This document shows, piece after piece, positions 24,695 to 35,147 of a stretch of DNA of 64,000 bases. The number at the start of each line of letters is the position of its first letter. Positions within the stretch are counted from its first letter, which is position 1. The stretch lies in NCBI RefSeq assembly GCF_032191835.1, contig NC_083235.1, forward strand, positions 45,880,001 through 45,944,000, given 5' to 3'. The position numbers were made by a program, and so were the translations under genes. The notes below the pieces were generated by a model that was given only the letters and a program-made list of their open reading frames with translations, made no database searches and was not told the DNA's origin. The DNA is from Heteronotia binoei. Its lineage: Eukaryota.

Positions 24695-25016
24695 ATAAGG
24701 ACATAAGAGAAGCCGTGTTGGATCAGGCCAGTGGCCCATCCACTCTGTGTCACACTGTGGCCAAAAAAAAACAGGTGCCATCAGGAGGTCCATCAGTGGG
24801 GCCAGAACACTAGAAACCCTCCCATTGTGCCCCCCCCACAAGCACCAAGAATACAGAGCATCACTGCGGTTAATATCACCAACAATACACTGTGGTTAAT
24901 AGCCACTGCTGGACTTCTGCTCCATATGTTTATCCAATCCCCTCTTGAAGCTGTCTGTGCTTGCAGCAGCCACCACCTCCTGTGGCAGTGAATTTCATGT
25001 GTTAATCACCCTTTGG
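24695..25016 (-). mobile_element. CR1 LINE 3' fragment
   Basis: acataagagaagccgtgttggatcaggcc...tttatccaatcccctcttgaag...ctcctgtggcagtgaatt; reverse complement of the CR1 3' end at 6660-8047. Confidence 0.88.
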
Positions 25017-25637
25017 GGATGGGGGTGGGCTTACCAGGAGCAGGGAGTTTAATTGCATGTTTCAGCAACATGCCCACAAGATTTCCAGTGTGACCTGGAA
25101 GTGACATAGGCATGTTGGGGTGATGCTCTGGTATTGGGGCCAGAGTTTTTGCCCAAAAACCAGAGCATTGCCCTGATGTTCTCAACATGCCTCCATCACT
25201 TCCAGGTCACATTGAAGTCACATAGGCACGTCACTGGAATGTTGGGTGTTTCTGTAGGTTTGGGAAGGGGTGATCTCCATTGGCTATAATGCCATAAAAT
25301 CCACTCTCTACAGCAACTATTTTCTACAGAGAAACTGAGGTCTGTAGTCAGTTGTAATTCCAGGAGATCTTCAGACCTCACCTGGAAGTTGGCAAGCCCC
25401 CACCCCAGGAATTCCATTTTGTGAAAATTGAACATGTGCCTTCAGATATATTGACTGGGCCTTGTTCTACATCCTGTTGCTTATCTTGTCCTGATATCAT
25501 ATTGATGCAGGTTCCCCTGAACTGAATCAATCCACGTCCTTCTCTCTGTGTCACACCTCTCCTGAGCCCTCCTGTACTGTATTGATTCAGAATCCATTTG
25601 ATTCAATCTCACTCACTTTCTCTTTTCCTCTGTTTAG

Positions 25638-25847
25638 GTGTACTGGCTTGGTCCCATCTTGGGTGCTGTCCTTGCTGGAATGTCTTACGAATTCTTCTTT
25701 GCTAGCACTGCTTCACGGGACAAGCTAATTGCCTGCCTGACCTGCCATGAGATTGAGATTGTGGAGGCAGCCAGCATGTCTCGTTCTTCACCCTCTGCTT
25801 CTGCTCACACCAAACCTCCTTGCAAGGGGGAACATAGTGCTGAATAG
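25638..25847 (+). CDS. AQP14: Aquaporin-14 coding exon 5 (TM6, C-terminus, stop)
   Basis: tcttttcctctgtttag|GTG; VYWLGPILGAVLAG...KLIACLTCHEIEIVEAASMSRSS...SAE*. Total CDS 828 nt, 275 aa. Confidence 0.93.
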   Translation: MYWLGPILGAVLAGMSYEFFFASTASRDKLIACLTCHEIEIVEAASMSRSSPSASAHTKPPCKGEHSAE

Positions 25848-26421
25848 GAGACAGCAACATCCTGTCTTCTTGCCTTCTCATAATCTTGCTTTGGGTCCTT
25901 GCCACTCACCCCGTTGCTTTCCTTCTGGTATATGGCATGCTGGGACTTGATATTGAGGTGGAACTGGATTCTGAATTCCGAAAGACATCAAAAGGCAATA
26001 ATTATGGCACTGAATGCTTCCAGGAGTCATGTCTTCTGTCCCTGGGTTTGAAGACTGGGGTGGGAGGGGGAATCCTACCAGCGTAAAATGAGGAAGGGTT
26101 GGAAACCAGGAGTCATGATTTCTCTCTGTCCCTAGATAGGATCAGTAGAACTAAAGAAAGAGTTTCTATTCCAAGTTCAGGTGTAGGATTTGCAACGAGC
26201 AAGCTAGAACTGGGATCAGGCCTCCTCCTGATTTCTAGTCTGGTTTGTTGCATGACCCCCCCCCCCTCCCCGCCAGGCCTGTGTGTGTCACATTTGTCCC
26301 CTCAGTGAAACACTAAATAGAGAGCATCTCCAAAGGACAAGCTGGGCCTTTTTTTCTGTGTTGCCACATGGGTGGAGTTCAACAACAGGCCTCGGCCAGC
26401 CTCCTCTAAAACCTGATGCAC

Positions 26422-26427
26422 AATAAA
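26422..26427 (+). terminator. Candidate polyadenylation signal for AQP14
   Basis: First AATAAA downstream of the stop codon (about 575 nt); not validated. Confidence 0.35.
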
Positions 26428-27187
26428 GTAGAGTGCAATTGAGCAAGTGACGGGGGTGTTGATTCCCCTCCCCATGCCTCGAACAACCTGGGCCTGGTGA
26501 AGTGCTGAACCCAGCAAGTCCCATTGTCCTTGCCACTTTCAGGCCTGGCAGTTTTTCCCTGAACTGCCCAATCACAGAGCAGGCTGCTAAATCCCCTGGA
26601 GCCCAGAGAGAATTAAAGCTAGTTTAACCAGCTCTGACTGAACCTCCAGTCCAAAATGCTGTGGTGACAAATATCCCCAGAGGCCTCCTTCTAAGCACAG
26701 AGGGGTCTGGTTTTTTCCCTCACCCCTTTTGCTGGATAATTAACCCCTCCAGCTCCAGGCACAAGAGGGTTGTGTCCTGATTGTCTTCCTTTCCCAGAAT
26801 ACCCAGAATAAAACTTTGCTGGTCTTAAAAGTGCGACTGGACTCAAACATGATAGGATCACTGACACATAATTTGAGTACCAAAAGCAGCCATAGCAGGC
26901 AATATAGACTGGATTATTGTATTTGGGACGGGAAAACTTTAACTCTTCCCTCCCTCTGTGCCACTACCCCCATCAAAATTGTCCTTCATTGGATGTTTTA
27001 AGCTCCAATAGGGAAAAAAAGACTGGTACCTATATTATTTCTTCTTTTTTTCTACCTCCAGTGTTTAAAACCTCTGTGTGGGTTTTCAAGGCAAGAGACT
27101 AACAGAATTTGTCATTGTCTTCCCACGCATAGTTACCCTGGTATCCCTTCAAGGTCTCCCATCAAAATACTAACCAGGACCAACTCT

Positions 27188-27705
27188 GTTTAGAATCACT
27201 GAGTTGGAAAGGACCTCCAGGGTCATCTAGTCCCCTGCACAGTGCAGGAAATTCACAAATACCTCCCACACCTGGTAACTCCTGTTCCATGCCCAGAAGA
27301 TGGCAAAAAGCCTCTAGGATCCCTGGCCAAACTGGCCTGGAGAAAAATAGCTTCCTGATCCCAAAGCGGTGATCAGCATTTCGCTGGGCATGTAAGAAAG
27401 GACCACAATAACTAAGCACTGACGCAACCCTTCTTGCCCTCCTTCTCATTATCTGTCATGATCAGCAGTGCTGTCAGATGGCCATCTAGCATCTGTTTAA
27501 AAATCTCCAAAGAAGGAGAGCCCACCACCTCCTGAGGAAGCCTGTTCCACTGAGGAACCATTCTAACTATCAGGGAGTTCTTCCTAATGTTTAGCTGAAA
27601 AGTCTTTTGATTTAATTTCAACCCATTGGTTCTGGTCTGACCTTCTGGGGCATCTGAAAACAACTCTGCACCATCCTCTATATGACAGCCGTTCCAAGTA
27701 CCTGA
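27188..27705 (-). mobile_element. CR1 LINE 3' fragment
   Basis: Minus ORF 27412-27663 (TRTNGLKLNQKTFQLNIRKN...VPQWNRLPQEVVGSPSLEIFKQMLDGHL) is a CR1 ORF2 C-terminus; tail gagttggaaaggacctccagggtcatctagtcc. Confidence 0.88.
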
Positions 27706-29443
27706 AGATAGCTTTTAAGATCTGATGAGATTGTGCTAGCCAGGGCCTTCCTAGCAGGAGAATTTTGGTCAGGGAAAGAGTACTATGGTGGTGGTGGTGG
27801 TGGAAGTTAATCTCTTCTCTTTTAGTGTCACATGATCCATATCCCCCTCAGTGACTGCTTCTTGTACTTAAATTACATGCCAAGGGAACTCGTCATAGAT
27901 CCCCAGTGTAGCTTGGCCCTTCAGCTCATTGATATGGGAGGGTAGACTCACAACCATTTTCTATATGCTAAAATCCACAAAGCCTGACCTTTTCCTAAGG
28001 AATTCATATGTGGAAACAGCCTTGTCAATAATCTGGATCTTAAAGACCAACAGCAAATCTTAGTTTAACCCATTTTTGGAAGAATATTCAGGATGTGAAA
28101 AATCAGACCAGAGGTTAAATTTCAACAACATGTACAAATCTACTGTGGAGGTGGATTCCAATTACATCAATAGGAATTACTAGTTATTGAATGAGTTTAG
28201 AATTGTTGGTTCAAATCTCTTTATTTGTATTGCTTTCAATGTGTTATGTGTGTTTTGTTAGATAAGTGCGGTCGAGGTTGCTAGATAAGTGCCATTGAGT
28301 TCCCAGTTGTGTTCCAATAAAGATGATATTTTGAGGTAAAAGTTTATTTTGGTTCAGCAGCACACAGTGTAACTGGGGCAGGGGGAACACTCAGAAAGTC
28401 AACAGCTATTATGCCAGGCATATATCAGATATACGTTGGCACAGAGCCCTGCTGTTCTGCAGCCAGCCACTGGCACAGCAGTGTCATGGACCACACTGGA
28501 GCATACTCAACACAACCCTCTTCATCAATGGAGGAGATGGGCTTAAGGGCATGGCAGGAATTGGCTGGCTATTTAAGCTGCCCCAGCCTGGAGGGAAATA
28601 ACCCAGAACTGGCATAAAGTTATGCTATCAAACACTGCTGCACAGCCCATATGTGCTCTTGCAACAGAAGAGGCAAAACGCCCCTCACAGGTATGGTCCC
28701 ACCCACAAGCTCTGGTTTAGCATAGGAAGCCAACTATGGCCACAGTCAATCACACCCCTCACCAGTGGCAACCAAACCCGCTGCCCTGCACCCAGTCACA
28801 GTCCCTGCCAGCACTATATAAACCTGAGCTAAAGTACCCCATAGTTCAGATAACAAGGCAAGCAGCATGAGACTCGGTCTCTGCTTGTACGCTGGGAGCA
28901 CACAATATTTCACTCTGATGCTGTGGAATACACGGAGGGGGGGAGGCGGCATTTAGCATGTATATCCAAGGGGAACAGCAAACCTCCCTGCCCCCTCATA
29001 TGCATCCTGGGTGCCATCTTGCTAATGCAGGCTCCTATAGCCACAGCTACTAGGGGGTGTAATCATCTTCCCTAGGTGATGATGCAACTTCCAGAAAGAT
29101 CTGGAAGTGATACCATCACTTCAGGGACACTCCCCCCAAACTCTATGGAAACCACAGAGTTCAGGGGCAAATGCTAGAGTGTTGCCTTCAGTGCAATGAC
29201 ATCACTTCTGGGTCACACCAGAAATCACAACATTGCACAGGGATGATTGCAGCCCCCGTTTTGCCAGCCACTTTCCTCGTGCTGTCGAGCTACATGTGGC
29301 TGCAGCAGTCAGCAGATCTTCTGTCAGAAGTGAGCATATGATAAGCTTTTGGCAACCAAATCATGCAATGGGACATACTCCCAGGAAAATGTATCTGGGA
29401 GCACTGGGTATGATGCTGGAGTGCATGTGGCAGGGACGTTCCT

Positions 29444-29709
29444 CCTAGGTGGGGAATGGGATGAGAGTTTTTGGGGGGTCAGTGGCAGCTAGGGTTGAAT
29501 GGGAAGGAGGGCTGGGGCAGGGACATGGGGGGTTGTGACATTGCTGACATCACTATATCACTTCCAGCTACAATTCCCCCTAGGTGGGGAATGGGATGAG
29601 AGTTTGGGGGGGGTCAGTGGCAGCTAGGGTTGAATGGGAAGGAGGGCTGGGGCAGGGACATGGGGGGTTGTGACATTGCTGACATCACTATATCACTTCC
29701 AGCTACAAT
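29444..29709 (+). repeat. Near-perfect 135-bp-period tandem duplication, G-rich
   Basis: Unit cctaggtgggg...cttccagctacaat at 29444-29574 and 29579-29709; the copies differ only in the T/G run. Confidence 0.92.
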
Positions 29710-32102
29710 GGTAGCTCTAGGAATTGCTATCAATTCTATTGTTTTACCATAGGGTTTCCAGCAATTCCTAGAGCGACTCTGTTATCACTTCTGGATTGTA
29801 CCATGAAGTGACATAGTGATGTTGGCTATAGCAGGAGGCTTGGCAAGCCTACTGGCAGCTGTCCCACCCAGCTTAGTAGTACTGTTGGCCAAGCAAACCT
29901 TGGCACTCGTTCACTTGCAGGATCAGTACCCTATGCAGCAGCAAAAGCAGATAGAACAGATACAGTTGACTTGTCTGTCCACACAACAGATGGGTAACTG
30001 TTGTTTGGATGGCTATGGTATGCACCTTAGAGGGTGGTATCCTGACAAATGGAGTCCTTCTCTATGGTGAGAGGGTTACCCAGACCCTACTGGGATCCAA
30101 CTGGCATGGCTGTAGGGGACATGACCACTGTGCAGTTTATCATCATTGCATGTGTCTTTGTTTGGCATCACTCACTCTGCTGGCAGCTGTGTGGTCCAAG
30201 GGGTATAGTAACGGGAGCAGGTTTCTGGGTCTCATATTTCCCCACAGTATTGCTGGTGTCTAAGAAGCTATGCAGGTTGGCAGTGTGGGCTCCCAAGAGG
30301 CACAAGGGCACAGCACAGAGGTGCAGGGGTGTCTCATCCAATCTGATGCATGTCCAAGTGGTCCATCAGCCAGGCTATCCTGTTCCACCTTTAGGAATTT
30401 GAGGGAGCAAAATTTCAGCTCTGAAAGTTTTGCCTGCCTCTGGCCTCTTTCCATGTGGGGATGAAACCAGGAAACTTGGGCATTCTATCTTAATGCCTTT
30501 TTGCTGAGCGATACCTTTCTTTGCTGTGTTCTATTCTTGGTTCCATATGGCGGGGGGAGGGGGTGGCATTGGAGCTGCAGTGGGGTACCTGGTGGCATGC
30601 CTTTTTTACATCTGCCTTCTTGGCCCAGTGGATAAGATGCTGATCTTGGGTGCAGAGGATGTGGGTTTGAGCTAGACCTCCGCTCTTTTTCTTTTTTTTC
30701 AGGGGGAGGATGTGTGGGGCTTGGAACAAGGACGGTTGCACATGGGTAGCACTTTGTTCCCAGTCAGACCTTTGCCAGGGGGACAGGTGAACATCCTATC
30801 TGCCACATGGGCGCCCTTACTCTGTGATCTGTGTGCCTCTTGGTCTCTGCCATTGTTTGTAAAACTATGAAGCAATCACTGAACAAGACCAGAGAATCCA
30901 AACAGTAAAATGGCACTTTGCTGTGGCTGGCAAAGCATTTGTCCTCCACCTTCTAAAATTATTGTCTTCAGTGGCAATCCCCACCCCTGCCACATCATTG
31001 GCTGAAGGTGGCCATGTGGCAATTCTCTGTTCAGCGATTTGCCAAGGAAGCTTTTGCCATTTCGCAGCTGGATCATAGAGCGCAAAACAAAATGTCTAGC
31101 AATTGTGCTAAATCACTTGCAACCTCAATAATATTGCATTAATAATGCAGTAATATAATCATTATGTTCACCAGGGTGGGGGGGCAATAGGAATACATAA
31201 CAACAACATTAGATTCTCTGCTGCTCAGTAAGGCTCCCTTTAGTATTGGATCACTAATTCAATTAGAAAAAATAAGGAAAAGTGACATTTCATGGGATGG
31301 ATTCTCTGTGGCTGAATAAGGCTGAAATACCATCGCCTGATAAACTAAAGAAGACACATTGTTATAAACAATGGACACTGTCCAGCCACACTTCAGCACT
31401 TTGAAATCTGTAATCCTACTGATTTCAAAACACCTTGCTTAACTTTCCCATTCTAATAAATGGGATTCGAAAATGCATCATTTTCATGCATGCCTAGTAT
31501 TTATAACAGTCCATTTAGTGGCATTATTTCACCAGTTTTAATATATGATGAATAAATCCAATGGTTCACAGAATAATGCTTTCAATCCTAGCTGGAATAT
31601 AGGTCATACCCACCATTCAAAGGGTGTCCATTTGCACACTCTTTGTGCAGTAGAAAATTCCGGAATTCCTGTTGCAGTGGGGAAAACAGAACTCTGGATG
31701 AATGCAGTTTTCTGGAGACTGTGATCTTGCTATGAAATGGTATAATGTAAATTGAAATCAAATCAGAAGCATCTTGTCTTTTGGGGAAATCTCTATTACA
31801 TAGGCTCTAAACCACATCACTCAGAAGGAAATTTCATTGCTTTCAGTAAGATTTACAGTTGGTTATGATTCTATCAGGTACATGTTCCAGACCCATGTTA
31901 TGTTACATACCTGTTCTAACCTGGTGTACACTATGGGGGGGGGGGATTCAGTTTTTAGGAATACACCTCACAAACATGGGCCATGTATCTCCCAAAATGG
32001 TGGTGAGTCCAGCAGCCCTTATTCTCACAGCCCGTGTTTAGGAAGGTGCTGGCCTCCCTCTGTCTCTTCCCAGTTTGATTTGCTTAGCAGATGCTACTAG
32101 CC

Positions 32103-32240
32103 CAGGGGTGGCCAATAGTAGCTCTCCAGATGTTTTTTTGCCTACAACTCCCATCAGCCCCAGCCAGCATGGCCAGTGGCTGGGGCTGATGGGAGTTGTA
32201 GGCAAAAAAAAATCTGGAGAGCTACTGTTGGCCACCCCTG
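32103..32240. mobile_element. Palindromic hAT-type MITE (138 bp)
   Basis: TIRs caggggtggccaa/ttggccacccctg; about 63-nt arms with 2 mismatches; perfect 8-bp TSD tactagcc. Confidence 0.92.
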
Positions 32241-32992
32241 TACTAGCCCATGCCTGATTTGTTCAAGGAATGCTGCAAGGTCTAAAAAATTGTTTCCTCT
32301 GAGCATATTCCTCAGCATGGTTTTTATCATTTCAGGGAGTGGAGTGCCAGAATCATGCTAAAGGGTGTTGCTTGCATGCTGAATCATATTTGAGTGCCCA
32401 CACATCTCTGACCCATGAGCCATGATTGGACTCATGCATAGAAACAAGCACCCTCCCGCCCACCATTCTGCATTCAGCCTGAAAAGCTTGTAGTTATGCA
32501 GACAGCAACAAGTCCGCTAGATTTGTCACACTGGGAAGAAAAGCAGAACTGCAGACAGAAGAGCTTAAAAAGCATCCATCTGATGCCAGGGGGTACACGG
32601 TGATTTGTAAAAGCCCCTCTTTGAAACTATCCCAGTAAAGAGAGTGGCAACATACTCTCCATACTAGACCCCCCACTCTCACAATACCTACACTATAGAG
32701 ATCACTCGTTCCAAGGCATACGTGATTCATCCAGCCCCAGCAGTTGCCAGCGAGGAGCCTCACAGAAAAACTTCTTAGCTGGAAAGATGGGACACTCAAG
32801 GGGAAAGGGGCAAAACCAAAGCTCAGAAGAGGATCAGTCTATGATGGATCAAAGTTCTGAAGGAAGAAATCAGGAAACCTTGTTTCCTGAGCCTTTATAA
32901 GGGTCATCACAACTGCCCCAGCCAGGCAGTGAAGCAGTTAACATTCCCCAGCTGGTTGCAGTTCCCACCTCCTGGGCTGGGCTAGGAGGCCT

Positions 32993-32998
32993 TATAAA
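32993..32998 (+). promoter_or_regulatory. MIP: TATA box of MIP
   Basis: cttataaagc 112 nt upstream of the ATG; TSS would be near 33020. Confidence 0.65.
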
Positions 32999-33109
32999 GC
33001 TCATAGCCTGCAGTAGAAAGCAGTGGGCTTAGGTGGGGGGAGCAGCAGTGAGTGTGAAGACCTGTCCTGCTGTCACAGCACTCCTCCTCCGCTGTTCTCC
33101 AGTCCCATC

Positions 33110-33469
33110 ATGTGGGAGGCTCGCTCGTCCTCCTTTTGGAGGGCTATGTTTGCTGAGTTCTTTGGTACCATGTTCTATGTGTTCTTTGGCCTGGGGGCTT
33201 CACTTCGCTGGGTCGTCGGCCCCCTTAATGTTCTACATGTGGCACTGGCCTTTGGTTTGGCGGCCGCCACCATGGTGCAGTCTCTAGGCCACGTGAGCGG
33301 TGCCCACATCAATCCAGCAGTCACCATGGCCTTCTTGTTCGGTTCTCAGCTCTCCCTCTTCCGTGCTGTCTTCTACATGGTGGCCCAGGTGCTGGGAGGA
33401 ATGGCTGGGGCAGCTGTGCTTTATGGAGTCACACCACCAGCGCTGCGGGGTAACCTGGCACTCAACACG
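33110..33469 (+). CDS. MIP: Lens major intrinsic protein (AQP0) exon 1
   Basis: atcATGTGGGAG start; [12 protein letters not shown]...[10 protein letters not shown]...GNLALNT; 360 nt; donor acg|gtaact. Confidence 0.97.
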
Positions 33470-34044
33470 GTAACTGGACGCAGAGCTGTATGGGAGTGTG
33501 TTTGAGAAAGGGGACATTCTCTGTATCTGAACACTGAGGAAGTGATATTGCTATGTTCAGGAGGGCCTGTGTGATGCTTTTAAAATATGGATTATGAGAG
33601 AGGGTCTCATGGGTGCCAAAAGAGGGAGGGTGATATTTAGCTTTCTATGCCTAGATGGGTCTTTAATCCCAAGATCTAGAAGGGACATTTTTTTAGCTTA
33701 GGGTCTGGAAGCAGAACCTAAAAATGTTAATAGGTTTTTTGGTATTAGCATATCCCTTGTACTGGTTTATCACTGTGACTGGTTTCATAGCTGGGTGGGA
33801 GCCAGATAACAGGAAATGTTATATGTACATACGTCTGTGTATGCAAACTGGAAATGGGGAGAGAGACAGCATGATGGAGCAGAAAATTTTGTAATTTTAT
33901 AATGATGACGCTTTGAGAGTACAACAGGGTGATGAGAGAGAGAAAGAGCTTGCGGCCAAGTTGCTTGTTTGTTTAACACATCTATATCCTGCACTCTCAT
34001 GAATCAACAATTTCTTTTATAGTATTTTGTGTGAATTGCAGATG

Positions 34045-34235
34045 TAGAGCCATGTTAGCCTGTTGCAGTAAAAATAAGTAGGAATACTATACTGACTTAA
34101 GAATATCAAATTATCATTCTAGCATAAGACTCAGTGGACTAGAACCCACAGTCAGAGATGCATGCTGACAAAGTGGGCTCTGAGTCCATGAAAGCATATG
34201 CTAGACTAAAAAATGGTTATTTTTTTGAGGTGCTA
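34045..34235. mobile_element. Back-to-back inverted pair of Penelope-like pLTR remnants (MIP intron 1)
   Basis: agcataag..tggactagaacccac..tcaga is the inverted counterpart of ctgacaaagtgggctctgagtccatgaaagcatatgc; hammerhead core decayed (ctgacaa). Confidence 0.65.
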
Positions 34236-35050
34236 CAAGAATCTTTCATGAAGGGACTGTGGTAACTGTTAATGAGATTCACTGATATTGAACAGTGTAA
34301 ATCTACTCTGATTACATAAATCAATCTTCTTGATGTTTGGAAGAAAGATGTCTTCTGTCCAAGCGCTGGGATCAGACCTCAGGTGTAAGCTTTGGTCTGT
34401 TAGGAGCATTTTCGCCCATTAGGCTATAATGTGATGTTGAAGCTCCTTCCTGCTGTGAATGAGAATGTTGCTAATGTCACACAGATGATAGAAGGGGAAT
34501 CTTCAACAGAAGCTTTGTATTGATATTAGATATTAATTTACAAAAACTCCAGATTTACCCGTGTGAGTACATTTTAATATTTGCTCAGGAGAAAAAAATA
34601 TGTTTGAATCTTTGTGTATGTTATAGAGGGAAACACACTGCCTGTTGGAAAAAATAAAATGTTCTGTCAGTGCTCACTGATGGGAATTAACATTGCTTAG
34701 AAGCCTATCAGAATTCCTGTGCAGTTCTCTTCCAGAGGCATTGGTGTTATCTGGGTTTAAACTTCCTCCACAGACTATGTGCATCTTTATGGCCCATTCT
34801 ATGGGCAACTTTATGTAATGTGGCTATTTTGTGCATTATAGTGCTTCATATCTTCAGTTTAGGAAGTGATCAATTTAGGTATGTTGCACTGAAGTCAAGG
34901 GTAACTGATCCATAGATATAAAGAACTGGCACCTAAGTCTTTTGAATCAAACTTTATATGCATGGTCAGGCTGCAGGTTTCAAATTGGGATGAAAATCCA
35001 CTGAGTGCAGAGAATAGCAACAAAGATAGCTAACAGTTAAGGGGTACAAG

Positions 35051-35147
35051 TAGGGCCTTTTTTTTTAGCAGGCTGGCTTGGCACCAGGGGGTGTGGCCTA
35101 ATATGCAAATGAGTTCCTGCTGGGCTTTTTCTACAAAGGAAGCCCTG
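35051..35147 (+). mobile_element. hAT-type MITE (octamer family)
   Basis: TIRs tagggccttttt/aagccctg; TSD ggtacaag/ggtacaga; ATGCAAAT at 35103. Confidence 0.8.

Noticed and set aside
26801-26850. AATAAA at 26807 as an AQP14 polyA signal, or a ribozyme copy
   Set aside because: It is part of a truncated pLTR remnant lacking the hammerhead half; use as a polyA site cannot be judged.
33023-33109. GTG-initiated N-terminal extension of MIP
   Set aside because: The canonical MWE start at 33110 gives exactly 263 aa; the upstream frame is 5' UTR just after the TATA box.
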